Source: Oikopleura dioica
Taxonomy: Eukaryota > Animalia > Chordata
Direction of reading: 5' to 3'
Assembly: GCA_907165135.1 (NCBI GenBank)
Contig: OU015568.1
Span: forward strand, 14,589,979 to 14,653,978
Length of the DNA: 64,000 bases
Positions 1-16,202 of the stretch are shown piece by piece; the stretch's first letter is position 1, and each line of letters opens with the position of its first letter. The position numbers and the translations under genes are program-made. A model generated the notes under the pieces. The model was not told where the DNA came from. It was given only the letters and a program-made list of their open reading frames with translations, and did not search any database.

Positions 1-1017
1 CGTTGGCCAGTCATCAAGGCCGTCAAAGTGAGACAATTTTTATTAATCAATCCTAATTTTTTTAGTTATTCAAATCCCCCAACCAAATGCCCAGTACATT
101 TCTATCAATCAGCACGGGAAAGTCATCGGTTCTCAAGGCGGTCCACCGAAATTGTACATCAAGAACTCCGGTGCTTCTGGTAAGAACGAAAAATACACCG
201 ATTTCGTTAACGAAAAAACGTAGGAACTCCGCATCAAGTAGTCTTACAGCCAGATGGCTCCCAACAACTCGTTATTCCGTCGAATATGATTCCCCAACAG
301 CGACTGCTCGTCCAAACGTCGACAGGAAATATCATTCCTCAAGGAAACAAAATCTTCATTCAACAAACTGGAAACATTAACCAACCAATAATTCTCAATC
401 AGGTTATTTTTTTTGAATTTTTATCTTATCTCTTTCTTAGGGTCAACAAATCATAACGAACAACGGTCAAATTCTAACACTCCAGCCCCAGCAAGGAAAG
501 GGAGGTCGAATGTTCGTAACGCAGCAGCCACAGCAACGAGTGATGGTCCAGCAAGCCCCACGCGGCGGGAACGCGCGCGCAAATCAACCCCAGCAAGTGA
601 TGATGGCTAATTCTAGCAAAAATATTGTACAAGTTCAACAGCAGCCCATTCAACAGTCAGTAAGTCAGGTCAGCTATCTTCGTCAAGTAGGAGCGTTTCT
701 TTTCATGATTACTTTATTGCTTCTTTATATAAAAGCTTTTTAGATAATCAATCCCATCGGGGGGCAAACGATTCAAACAACCATTCAACCCAATCAGCCC
801 GCACTGCCCGCTTCTGCCGAGACAAATGTGAGGCCAATTAATCAGCGAAATTAATCCCTAGCAATGTGTTTCCTTTCAGATCACTCTTCAAACTACACAG
901 GCGCAATTTGATCGATCAAACTCGAGTAGCTCCCAACTGGCAAGTGGGACCAGTACTGCGCCAGCAACACCCACCAATTTCGAGCCTGCGCCTAATAATG
1001 TTTCTCAGGCAAAATGA
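1..1017 (+). CDS. 3' part of a Gln/Pro-rich low-complexity protein (5' end lies outside the window), multi-exon
   Basis: GT-AG bounded exons join into VIQIPQPNAQYISINQHGK...QPQQRVMVQQAP...ITLQTTQAQFDRSNSSSSQLASG...NVSQAK* (TGA 1015-1017). No recognisable domain. Confidence 0.7.
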
Positions 1018-1158
1018 TCCTTTTCAACTTTTGTTTCAAAGTCATTCATTTCCCCTTGTTCCTTCTCAAAAATTATTCTGAATCCTTAATTTCTTGACTG
1101 ACAACTTAAAAAACATGTAACCTATTCTTCGACTTTCTCTAACCATTATTACAGTAGA

Positions 1159-4100
1159 ATGGAGGACTTACACGACAAAGTAAATATAGACAGCAAGAGT
1201 ACTGTCAAAAGAAGAGTCGAGCAAAATTTGACAGATCAACCTCCACGGAAGTTTCCGAGAACGAAAGTTGATCATGTTAGTGGGTAGAATTACTTGCTCT
1301 TCATCTGTTCTCTTCTATGTCTTCACTAAATGTTCTTATTGAAAAATCTCGCTAAAGAGTTTTGGACTTAATCAGAATGGATAGTGATGAGGAAATCGAA
1401 ATTGAAGAAATTGAGATTGGAGAGCGACTTGTCCCCGAATCAGACGAAAATGGTATAAAAGGAGTTTTCCGGCAAATTTTGACATTGATTAAGACAACGC
1501 AATTGAAGACCAAGAACCAGCAGTTGAAGAAGTGCAACCTGCGAAGACATTCCGGCGCGGTTGTAATCAAAATCTTAATTCGAAGCGAGCGCAGCTCCAA
1601 GCGCGTCGGGCCGAGCTCAATTACTCGCTCGATCACCAAATGAAACTGTTGCGCGGTGCGGAGAATCTCTACCGCGCCACGGGCAACACGAAAGTCAAAT
1701 CCACCGTCTCCCTCGAGCTTAGCTTCGTCGAGGCCGCTGTCGAGATTTTGAAGGACGAAATTGTCGAAATCAATGGAACGCTCAATGTTTACCAGAGCGT
1801 ATCAGAGACTATTTCCATGCCGATGATTCCCTTGGGATTGAAGGAGACGAAACCTATCGACTTTACTAATGTGCTTAATGACTTTATGTTTGGGTTGATA
1901 ACCATCATCTTTATAAAAACAGACCGTTATAGTCCGTAATTTTTGAAATAAAAGTATTGAAAATCAACTCTTTGCAGTCTTGAGCACTATTCGGACGAAG
2001 GGTCTAAATATGAACCGGAAATTGCCGAGCTGAACTCGCTGCGCGAAGGAACTCAAACCCCAACTCGCGACGAGGAAGGCATTGACCTGTTGTTTGAGTA
2101 TTACAATCAACTTTACTTTATCGACAATCGATTTTTTCCACCGTCGCGTCCATTAGGTTTGTATTATCTGCGTTTACGCGCTCCAAAAACGCTAAATTAA
2201 AGGGATTTACTTGGCTTGGTTTGATTCACTTACGGGCATCCCGAGTATCCAGCGGAATTGCGCTTTTGAGAAAGGTAAGTTCAGAGAGATTGAATTTATT
2301 GAGCACTTTCTCTTTTGTCGTTCAGCATGCGTTCTATTCAATATCGGAGCTCTTTATACTCAACTTGGATCGCGACTGTCCAGGAAAGGAAATCGCTCTT
2401 AGAAAGAAAGAACTGTACTTTGAGATTTAATCTTGAAATCAAGGAAGAGTTTCGATTTCAAATGAAAAGAACTAAACGAGACGGAATTGAAGAAGCGATT
2501 GAAACTTTTCAACGAGCAGCAGGAGCATTTAATTACATTCGTCTGAATTTTTCAAATGCTCCGACGGCTGATATGAGCGCATCGTTCTTGAATGGAATCG
2601 TCAATCTTATGCTTGCGCAGGTGACTGATCACATTTCTATTGTCGATTCGAAAGAAGTGTATAGGCACAAGAGGGCATTTTCGAAAAGAAAATGCTTGGC
2701 GGACTGCACGAAGCTACAGTCGAAAAACTCATCGCCACATCGTCGGAAGCTTCCAAGGTCTCGGAAAAGTACAAGCTCGTTACAAGCGTAATGACCTCCG
2801 ACACGCAATATGTCAAATACTTGCCATCAACATGGAACTCTGTCGTGCAAATTAAAGCCTGCCATTATCGAGCATTGAGTCACTACTTCTGCGCGATGTC
2901 GCTCATACATGAGGTAAATATACGTACATGGATTAAGGGTGTCTATTGGGATAAATCCATAGCTCAATGGCCAGATTGTTCGAATGCGCTCTAATGCCAT
3001 TTTTATTATTAAGGAGTTTCACCAAATACGCGAGCCATCGGGCCTCTACAATGGCTTCTACTGTTCTGAATTTCCGCCAGATTATCCGAAAATAGAAGAA
3101 ATGGTCAGAACAAAAAAGCTGCGCCGCGGACTGGCGCGCGCCCATCTCAGCCTCGCCCTCAGCGTTCACGAAGTAAGACTATCATAGGCAACTAATAGGA
3201 TAATTATGTCAGAGCTCGCTCCAAATCCAGCGATGCTGCGCCGGGTTGAAGAAAGTTGGATCGTTACTGGGCCAGTTTTTGAATCACTCAAAGAGAAGGA
3301 ACGCGGTGGAACGAGGGCTAAATGAATACTTTATTTTTTCCAAGTTAACCTTTAGTAGGGTCTGCAAATGTCATAAGTATTTGGGTTTGCAGACCCTAGT
3401 CATCTGCGGTTAATAAATAAAAAACCTGTGTATTAAACCGCTTTTCGCAGAACTCAAGAATTGATGCGCACACTTGAAATGGACGAGTTCGTCGGAATGC
3501 CGCCCGACATCTCCCCGAAATCAGATACAGAGGCGGAAATCGTCGCCCCTAACTTCACACGCGTCAAGGTCTTGGACATATTCAGACGGCTTGGACCGAT
3601 GTCCATCTTTTCTGCGAGAAATCGATTTTCCGCGCCACGAGTTATCAAAATCAACAGGTATTTGAATACAGTAGCGCATTGTGAAAAAGTCGATCGAAAT
3701 CAAAGTCTTTCTTGATCGAAAGGAAGAGTTTTTATAGCTTTTTCTGATCAGAGAAAACTTCTTGAAATCAAGGAAGAGTATATCTTCGCTGCTGAGTTCG
3801 GAAATCCTTGTAGACACCTGAGTCAGAGTACTGAAAGAGCTCTAGGCGGTCTTTGATCAAAACCATTTCAGAAATCTCAATCCGTTTTCTACATAAGTTG
3901 CAGACCCCAGCTAAACTGAAGTTTATCTGAATATGGCAAAGAAGCCTTCTTTGAGCAAATGCCAATTATTATTTCAGAAGTTCGAACGGATTCGGCTTCA
4001 CCGTCCGTGGCGATGCGCCGGTGCTCGTCGCCAACGTAGAAGGTAATGAGCGCACAGTGAGAAAAATGTTTTCTGACGTTAATTAGCCGATGGAAAGGCA

Positions 4101-4680
4101 AATCGGGCCGGACTAAGAGAAGGCGACGTTGTCACCAAAGTGAACAAAAAAGATGTCAAATGGGCGAGACACTCCGATGTCGTAGATATGCTCCAATGCG
4201 ACAAATTAGAGATTGAAATTGTCACTGTCCAGGTATGCAACGCGGCATTATTAATACTCCCTACAGAATAGGAAACAAAGGAAAAAAATAGATATTAAAA
4301 TAGAGTTCAGCCAGAGACATACGCGACTTGTTTAACCTTTTTGGTCTCGTTTGTGATCATTTTAAGCCAAAGAGATCGGAATTTTCTTTTTCTGGTCCAA
4401 CCAAAATGCTTCAACTTTTATAAAACTTTTCAATATTTCTTCTCCTGACTCTGAAATCAAGGGTGTCGACCTGGCTCCACAAGCAACAACAGGGCATGGA
4501 CAACATCACCATCATCACCACCACCACGAGCGCCAAAAGTCCCACCCTCACCAACACCATCACGGCGCGAAGGGGCAGAAAGTCAATCGCAAGAAATCGT
4601 TCTTCGGCAGCTTTGGCCGAAAAAATCGCCCGACCCAATTCTCCAATGGGACGAACCCATATGGCCAGACCATATACTAA
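1159..4680 (+). CDS. RHPN: Rhophilin (HR1 + BRO1 + PDZ) with a His-rich C-terminal tail
   Basis: Exons encode RRGCNQ...GAENLYRAT...LELSFV...MPMIPLGLKETK (HR1), AWFDSLTG...EKACVLFNIGALYTQ...FQRAAGAFNY...MLAQAQE (BRO1), LGPMSIFSARNRF, and GFGFTVRGDAPVLV...AGLREGDVVTKVN (PDZ). Last exon stop TAA at 4678-4680. Confidence 0.93.
3356..3398. repeat. 43-bp mini inverted repeat in a rhophilin intron
   Basis: TAGGGTCTGCAAA (3356-3368) and TTTGCAGACCCTA (3386-3398) are perfect reverse complements. Confidence 0.7.
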
Positions 4681-5092
4681 TTTATCAACAATTCTTTCTT
4701 GGAATTATAAAAGTGTCAGTCGATCCTTGACGCGCCCATATGAAAAATTACACGCAAAAATCGAAGCCTAATGATTTTTTTTCTTATTTCACTCGTTTAT
4801 GATGCGAAAAACAACTCAACCTACTGTTCTCTGTTTTCAACAAATTCTGTACTATCAATTATCAATTGTGCCTTTTTACCTAGATTTTAAACCCAACCTG
4901 CTTCCGAAAATGTTCCTTTGCCTAACAAACACTGCTTCAGTTCTTCGAAAACTACTGTTACTCTTGTCTACTGTTTCTGAATCCAACTTTCTACTGTACT
5001 TCTTTCTTTAAAACCCCCTTTCATTCATAATTCTATTTAACCTCAAGTTCAGCAAAGGGGGCAGAAATCACTTAATTTATTTTTTAAAAGGA

Positions 5093-8000
5093 ATGAGTTT
5101 GACGCTAATTCGCTGCAGTAGGCGATTAATTGTTTCCCGTGGGATGAAAATATACACAAAAACCGGTGACAAAGGTTTGTGACAGCTTCGAGATTTGAAT
5201 TGCTTTCTAAGCGAATTTTTCAAGGAACGACATCTTTGTACACTGGTGAAAGACGCCCTAAGGAACAGTTCTCAAATCGGCCTCCCCGGGCTGGTTTCGG
5301 CAACCTGCGTGGAAACCTGAGTCAGGATATTAAATTTGTCTTTTTATCAAAGATCCTTCGGGACCCTCACTCAGATTTCTGCAGGTTGTCGAGCCCAGTC
5401 AGGGGCGGGGACGCTCGTCTAAATTACCAAAGATTTTTGGTAATGCATTACCAAAAATTGGTAATCCATTACCAAACTTTTTTCATAAGTTCTGATTTTT
5501 TGTCCAAAAAATGAGTAAATCACTCCCAAACGTTTTCTATCACACAGGCGCGGAGCGCACAAGGGCTCTTTGACTAAACAAAATTGGCACTTTTCGGGAA
5601 GTTTGGTAATGCATTACCAAAAATTGGTAATGGATTACCAAAATTGGTAATGCATTACCAATTGGTAATTTAGACGAGCGTTTCCCGTCAGGGGAGTGCA
5701 TCTAGTATTTTGAATTATATACTTTTATCCCTTTTTAAAACTGCAGAACAGACGGATCTCGTCTTTGACGCCTTGGGAGCGACAGATGAGCTTTCGGCTG
5801 CACTTGGAGTCGCTCGGGAATTCGCGTACGATCGCCAAATGCAAAATGTTATTACAATAGGTAAAGCCACAATAATCCTCGCTTGATACTGGTTATTACC
5901 TGATTAAAGTTGCTCATTTATTATTTTTCAGTTGGCGACCTTCAAAGTCGGCTTCAAGAAGTTGGATCGGCCATTGCGACGCCTATTTCGTCAGGTTTGT
6001 ATTGGACTCGCCTTGACCTGGCTTTAATTTTTGGATGATCAAATCCAAATCGAGCTGAACCCTTTTCTTAGCCTCGGAAATGAAGCTCAAGCGCGTGAGC
6101 TTCGACGAATCAGGAACGGCTCAATCAGATTTGATACTGAACATCCAGCGGAGTAGGATCAGAGAATAAGCCCGGGAAAAGAAGTAAAGAAGCTTGAAGA
6201 TCTAATCGACGAACTTGACGCCCAACTGCCACAGCTTACGACTTTTATTCTTCCCGGAGGAGGAATGCGGCTTTTGAATCAAACCCGATTTTTAAAAGAT
6301 TTAGGAGAGAGCGTGAATTTTTCATGTTTCAGTTTTTAAAGGCAATAGGTACTAGCTACTTCATGGATGATTCAAACGCCGTGTCAGGAAAGTGCGCTGC
6401 GCATTTGCACATGGCAAGAACTATCTGTCGAAGGGCTGAAAGAATGTCTCTGCCGTTGGCAGATAGTGGCGAGTTGGATAGGTACCTGGGTTTCAGAAAA
6501 AACGGCACTATGTTTAAGTGAGCTCCTAAAATGAAGATTTTCTTCTATGTATTCAGTGAAATCAAAGAGGAAATCTTTTTAAATTTTGATCCAAGTTTGA
6601 CTAATTAAATTTCAAAATTGAACGTAACCGGTAACCACTGAAGTTTTATCGGCAATGGCAAAAAATTTGGTAATTGAATTTTTAAAGAACCTCTTCGAAA
6701 TTGACTCTTTTTTTGTGATGTCACATGTCGAGGTGCGGCTTATACATTTTCTCTGCTGCTCGGCGGCTCTTGAATATTCATAGCGTTATTACTCGGCATC
6801 TAATAATTCAGCAAGCTTGAATTCTTCGACGCTTATTGGATAATCATGCATTTGCAGGCATCGAGCAGAAAAGGATTTTTGACAAAAACTAATTAATTAT
6901 TAACGTTCTAATGCATTTCACCGAGCTACAGCTATCTGCATTCTACCAGCAGAGCTCGCGAGTTACAAAACACCTTTTGTCTGCCAAGAAATATCGCTAA
7001 AATGTCCGCCGCCACACAAGGTCAGTTGAAGGAATCGAATTGATTTTTGCCAATTTACTATTTTTCACTTCATTTTTTTTCTTTTTCAAACATGCCAAAA
7101 CCAGAGATGATCAGAAGATTCTCTAAGGGCATCATCAAAATATTTTCGCCAACAAACTCCCTTGGTAAATAAAAACTCATCTTATTTTTATTTTCCTAAT
7201 AGGAAAATTTGTCGTTAAAACTTATAGATAGCAATAAAGTAGGATTATTTCCTATTCAAGATTCACTTTTTACGAAAAATCTGAGAGAAAACTTTGAAAA
7301 TTTTCATATTCTTCTTGATGATTTTATTCACGAAGATGCATTTTAAGAGAGGTATGAGACTTCTATGAATTGTATTTTTGCGGAGCCACAAAAGATAGTC
7401 AATCTGCCTGCTTTTATATACACCTTTTGGACCCCGACAAGTTGAACTTGTCAAGTTGGGCGACCATTAGAGGATTTATTTACGACTATTGTGCATCCAT
7501 GTTTATATTTCCTATATAACTGCATTCAGCCGCTTTTTGCCATCTAGCGAGCCGGCAACTTAGCCTCCAATAGTCACTTTTAGGAATCGCTTTTTCAGTC
7601 ATCTACTTTTTATTTTTTCTTGAAAGAGGGAAAGTTGAAAGATGTTTTTTTCAGCGGCCAGTTTAGGTTAGTTTTTAATTATTTATATACTTGTCACTTG
7701 ATGGAGGCTTTTGGTCACTATTGGAAGTGAACTTAGTGTAGGCCAAGTGTCATTTTGTCAATATTTGATGAGATTGGTGAGTTTGTTCCTTGCATTTGCA
7801 TTAAGCAAAAGCATATGTTTGCTGGGTATAATCTGGGGCGTTAATGTTTGTTTGAAATGAAAAAATGGGTGTATTTGAATATCTACTTTCCGGAGCGTTA
7901 TTCCCGCTTTTTTATAATTTTAATTATTCGAACTTCCCTGATTTACTGGCAAAAATCGTCATTAAACTTGGCAGGGTCTATAGCTCCTATATTAATAATG

Positions 8001-11000
8001 GTATGCTATCGTAAATATTGACAGATCGGATTCCTATCCGGATTTTTATCTCTTCTCTAATTCATCATTTCGGCTCTTATATTCCAATTTTTTGAGAAAG
8101 AAAACGTACTGAGTTCCCAAAATGGGACTCTGTGGCTGTTGCTCCAGTCGAAAAATCCATGGTATGAACTTTTTCTCATAGTTTTTTAGCAACTGAGAAA
8201 AGCATTATTAATTCGGGGAGTGAAAGAAGATTTTGGCATTTTTTCCACTCGAGGACTGATCAATCAATTATCGAATGATTTAGTCCAGGTTCTTTTATTG
8301 ATAGCAAATAGCAGAATTAATTTGTAACTGGCTGAAAAGTCTCGCTCAGACTGTAAAAAGGATGGATGAGATTGATTTGAGATGAGATTTTTGTACAGGA
8401 TGATTCAGTGTTTCCGGGCGAAAGGTACTGTAATTACTACTTTAAAAACGCTTGTTTAAAAAGAGTCAGAGAAAGTTTTTGATCAGCTGTCATTTTTGCT
8501 TCCTTTCGAAAGTATTCATAAAAGAACGAGAGACGGGGTCACTATGCGGTAATAATTCAAAACGTCACGGGCGGGAAAAGGCGCTTGATCTCACCTGCTC
8601 ATTAGTTAAATTTATTAGACATGTTGGTGCAAACGCTTTAATCAAGCTTTTCCTTCGGATTACTCTCTTTTTCGGCTCTGCATAGAGACTTGAGAGGATT
8701 AGACGAAAACTAATTTTCGCCAGAGATAGCTTCTCAGATCAACGAGGATAGCGAGAGATCTAAAGCTGTCTGCGAGATTTTTTTTAATTTAAAAATTTTA
8801 AGAGAAGGGTAAAGCAATATAAAGGGGCCTCAAGCCTTAGATGATTTAATAGATATTCATTAGATAGTATTTAAAAGGGCTTCTTCCTTCGTTCTCTCAC
8901 TTCCCAAAAGAAGTGCATTGTAGCCGAAGTATGAACCAGGGGAGATCCGCAGGAAGTTCCAGGATGAACGAGACCCCCTGTATATATCGGGATCCCCACA
9001 AAATTCAGAGCATTTTTATAGTTTTCTGAGTTTTCTGAAACCCGTTGAATAGAAACGTATGCCGCTATCTTAATCGCCTGTCAGATTTATTGTTCCAGCT
9101 CGCCCGTAGCGCCCAACCAGGGATGTACATTCGCAGCGCAAAATCCGCAAAACAGCGCAAAATGCGGGATTTTTCATTCTGCAGCGCAAAACAGCGCAAA
9201 ATCAGCCCCAAAAATTTCCGCAATTTTTCCGCAAAATTGCGCGCAAAAGCGCATTTTGCGCGAAAATTGCACAAAATCTCAATAAATTTGCAGTCCGCAA
9301 AATGCAATTTTGCGGGATTTTGCGTAGAATTTCTACATTTTTTTGATGTTCATTGTGAAGATTTCCGAATCAAATCCTCATTCATCATCGCATTCACAAC
9401 TTCGGCGGTAATTTGCGGAAGAAAAACTAAATAATCATCCGACATAAAACCGTCCGATATCGTAGTTAACCAACCGGTCATTTTTCGGGCCGTTTCAGCC
9501 CCGTTCCTTGATTTCTAAATTTAAGGGGCTTGACGGCCCTTCGGGCCGTTTCAGCCCCGTTCCTTGATTTCTAAATTTAAGGGGCTTGACGGCCCTTCGG
9601 GCCGTTTCAGCCCCGTTCCTTGATTTCTAAATTTAAGGGGCTTGACGGCCCTTCGGGCCGTTTCAGCCCCGTTCCTTGATTTCTAAATTTAAGGGCTTGA
9701 CGGCCCTTCGGGCCGTTTCAGCCCCGTTCCTTGATTTCTAAATTTAAGGGGCTTGACGGCCCTTCGGGCCGTTTCAGCCCCGTTCCTTGATTTCTAAATT
9801 TAAGGGGCTTGACGGCCCTTCGGGCCGTATCAGCCCCGTTCCTTGATTTCTAAATTTAAGGGGCTTGACGGCCCTTCGGGCCGTTTCAGCCCCGTTCCTT
9901 GATTTCTAAATTTAAGGGGCTTGACGGCCCTTCGGGCCGTTTCAGCCCCGTTCCTTGATTTCTAAATTTAAGGGCTTGACGGCCCTTCGGGCCGTTTCAG
10001 CCCCGTTCCTTGATTTCTAAATTTAAGGGGCTTGACGGCCCTTCGGGCCGTTTCAGCCCCGTTCCTTGATTTCTAAATTTAAGGGGCTTGACGGCCCTTC
10101 GGGCCGTTTCAGCCCCGTTCCTTGATTTCTAAATTTAAGGGGCTTGACGGCCCTTCGGGCCGTTTCAGCCCCGTTCCTTGATTTCTAAATTTAAGGGGCT
10201 TGACGGCCCTTCGGGCCGTTTCAGCCCCGTTCCTTGATTTCTAAATTTAAGGGGCTTGACGGCCCTTCGGGCCGTTTCAGCCCCGTTCCTTGATTTCTAA
10301 ATTTAAGGGGCTTGACGGCCCTTCGGGCCGTTTCAGCCCCGTTCCTTGATTTCTAAATTTAAGGGGCTTGACGGCCCTTCGGGCCGTTTCAGCCCCGTTC
10401 CTTGATTTCTAAATTTAAGGGGCTTGACGGCCCTTCGGGCCGTTTCAGCCCCGTTCCTTGATTTCTAAATTTAAGGGGCTTGACGGCCCTTCGGGCCGTT
10501 TCAGCCCCGTTCCTTGATTTCTAAATTTAAGGGGCTTGACGGCCCTTCGGGCCGTTTCAGCCCCGTTCCTTGATTTCTAAATTTAAGGGGCTTGACGGCC
10601 CTTCGGGCCGTTTCAGCCCCGTTCCTTGATTTCTAAATTTAAGGGCTTGACGGCCCTTCGGGCCGTTTCAGCCCCGTTCCTTGATTTCTAAATTTAAGGG
10701 GCTTGACGGCCCTTCGGGCCGTTTCAGCCCCGTTCCTTGATTTCTAAATTTAAGGGGCTTGACGGCCCTTCGGGCCGTTTCAGCCCCGTTCCTTGATTTC
10801 TAAATTTAAGGGGCTTGACGGCCCTTCGGGCCGTTTCAGCCCCGTTCCTTGATTTCTAAATTTAAGGGGCTTGACGGCCCTTCGGGCCGTTTCAGCCCCG
10901 TTCCTTGATTTCTAAATTTAAGGGGCTTGACAAAGGCTTGGAACTCTGAGTTGATAAATCTCAGTTCTGTCCCCAACCCCACCCACACCCATCATTTAAA

Positions 11001-11501
11001 AAATCTATATTATCATTGTTTTTTGCTTAATTATGGTTATTTTTGAAAACCTTGAAAATAACTTATTATAACTTCGGAATAATGTCCCCAAAATTTTATC
11101 TCTCCATTTTAAGTAGAAATAAATGGGGCCAAAAATACCACAAAATTCGCAGATTTTCGCAAAATGCGCGAAAATCCCGCAAAATATGCAAATTTTCGCA
11201 AAATCCGCGAAAATCCCGCAAAATCGCAAAATTACGCAAATTGCGTGTCATCTGCGCAATCCGCAATTCCGCAAAAGCGCGAAATCCGCAAAATTTTCGC
11301 AAAATCAACAAATTTTGATTTTCCGCAAAACAGCGCAAAATTCCGCAAATTGCGCGATTTTTGGATTTCGCAGCGCAAAACAGCGCAAAATGGACCCCAA
11401 AAATTTCCGCAATCGCAGCGCAGCGCAAAGCAAAAATTTGTGCGAATGTACATCCCTGCGCCCAACAACAAGAAGGCAAAACCGATCAGTTCAAATCGTG
11501 A
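5093..11501 (+). CDS. MMAB: Cob(I)alamin adenosyltransferase (MMAB/PduO type) with a mitochondrial presequence; last exon interrupted by a hAT-type element
   Basis: MSLTLIRCSRRLIVSRG (Arg-rich, no acidic residues), then MKIYTKTGDKG, TSLYTGERRPK, VFDALGATDELS, LQEVGSAIATP, LPQLTTFILPGGGK, AHLHMARTICRRAER, RYLNRLSDLLFQLAR. The empty-site C-terminus SAQQQEGKTDQFKS* ends at TGA 11499-11501. Confidence 0.93.
5406..5686. mobile_element. MITE/foldback-like element in MMAB intron 2
   Basis: 20-bp perfect TIR ACGCTCGTCTAAATTACCAA (5411-5430) / TTGGTAATTTAGACGAGCGT (5662-5681). Flanking direct repeat GTCAGGGG at 5398-5405 and 5687-5694. Five internal GGTAAT(G/C)(C/G)ATTACC palindromes. Confidence 0.8.
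9118..11458. mobile_element. Non-autonomous hAT-type DNA transposon (2341 bp) inserted in the last MMAB coding exon
   Basis: 18-bp perfect TIR CAGGGATGTACATTCGCA / TGCGAATGTACATCCCTG. 8-bp TSD CGCCCAAC at 9110-9117 and 11459-11466. Dense subterminal CGCAAAA repeats. No intact transposase ORF seen. Confidence 0.92.
9487..10931. repeat. 56-bp tandem satellite, about 26 near-identical units, inside the hAT element
   Basis: Unit GGGCCGTTTCAGCCCCGTTCCTTGATTTCTAAATTTAAGGGGCTTGACGGCCCTTC. Period 56 checked at 9487, 9543, 9599 and 9655. A few units lack one G; one has GTATC. Confidence 0.97.
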
Positions 11502-12120
11502 ATCTTTACCTAAAATTATCCAACAGTTCATTCTTGACATCCCAATGGTTCTGACAAACTTGTCGAAATACGGTTATTAAACTTTCAAGCTTTCACTTAC
11601 CGCTTGATTTACTGACCATAGTGCTTACGTAGAGAGGCATGTAATCGCCGAATATACAGTGTCGTCAGCTTTTTCTGACGTAGAATCTATAATGCGCCAC
11701 TTAGCTGTTTCTACAATTCGATTGTCTTCGCCATTAAGAATTCTATAATTACATTACTTCTTTGAAACCAAATGAATTTTACCCCTTGTTTAAAAATGAG
11801 AGGAATAAATTTTTACGGGGCCCTTGAAATTATTTCATAATGTACATTTTTCTAGTGACACCCTTATACTAGTAAGATTAAACTAAGGGAGACTTCGAAC
11901 CATTTTCAAGTTCTTCTCAATTCTTAGAATCAATTTTTATCGAAAATGGTAGATGCGTAAAAAATGAAGAGTTAGTTGACTTTGTCATAAAATCATTCTC
12001 TTGCAGAAGTGAGTTAGCCTCTTCTTTTCATTTGTTGAAGAAGAAGCAAAGGTCAGGTGGAAAGGGCGAGACTAATCCGGAGCGTGTTTAGATGGAGTAA
12101 GTGATCCAAGCGACTCTAAC

Positions 12121-15474
<3,354 letters not shown>

Positions 15475-16202
15475 TCATTTAGTTTTTTCAATTTTTCCAT
15501 AATTGATTCACTTTTAATTTGATTCCAAATCCCAAATGCACTCAACGACGAAGAAAACACAGTGTGAACACAACAAGAAACGCGATCCGCAAGAAATTAT
15601 CAAAAACAAAGATGATCCGCACTCATTGCTTAATTAAGGCAAATTAACCATGATTGACCTCCTATGTGCATAACGATATTCGTGTGTTATTCCTGAAAGC
15701 ACAACTTTGCATTTCCTGATTTTATTCTTTCATTTTCATTATATAATTTAAATTATGCAATTTCAGTATTTTTGTTTTGCTGTATATTCTCATCTATGAT
15801 TTCTCCTTCCCTCATTAATGTTCCCTTATAAATTTTCATATATTTAAACTGGGAATGAGTAACTAAAGCAAAACGCCTGTATATGAGCACAAGATGAACC
15901 CCTTTTTATACGAAAAACTTTCCGGATACGACCTTAATTTTGATAATTATTAATTATTGCAAGAGTCATCAAAGTTCAATTCAACCCCTATCACTCAAAA
16001 ACAAAGACCAAACTCGCTACTCTTATCCAGTCAAAATACGAATCTTCAAACAAACAAAAACACTACTGATCTTTACCACTCTAACTCTAAATCTCAGCTC
16101 CTTAAACGTTCATTGTACTGTACTATTTTGTTGTCCGAGTCATTCCTTCAATTTTATTACTTTTCATTCTCATGCAGCGCTTTCTCCTGAAGCCAATAAA
16201 AT

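Noticed and set aside
5093-5175. MMAB as a bacterial PduO horizontal transfer (MKIYTKTGDKG start)
   Set aside because: An in-frame upstream ATG gives a mitochondrial-type presequence, the gene has introns, and MMAB is a normal animal gene.
5263-5751. GAACAG at both intron ends as a TSD showing transposon origin of the intron
   Set aside because: Both copies lie inside the intron. An ancestral single copy would add two residues that MMAB homologues lack. The similar GAAAAAG match at 17704/20254 is low complexity.
6482-9052. Nested gene or decayed transposase in the long MMAB intron
   Set aside because: Minus-strand frames are broken by stops and I could not recognise a diagnostic motif. A translated profile search would be needed.
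9487-10931. CRISPR-like array
   Set aside because: Units are contiguous and identical with no unique spacers; eukaryotic context; no cas genes.
11005-11580. Six overlapping ORFs (and 9065-9307)
   Set aside because: They arise from the stop-poor CGCAAAA subterminal repeats of the hAT element and give low-complexity translations.
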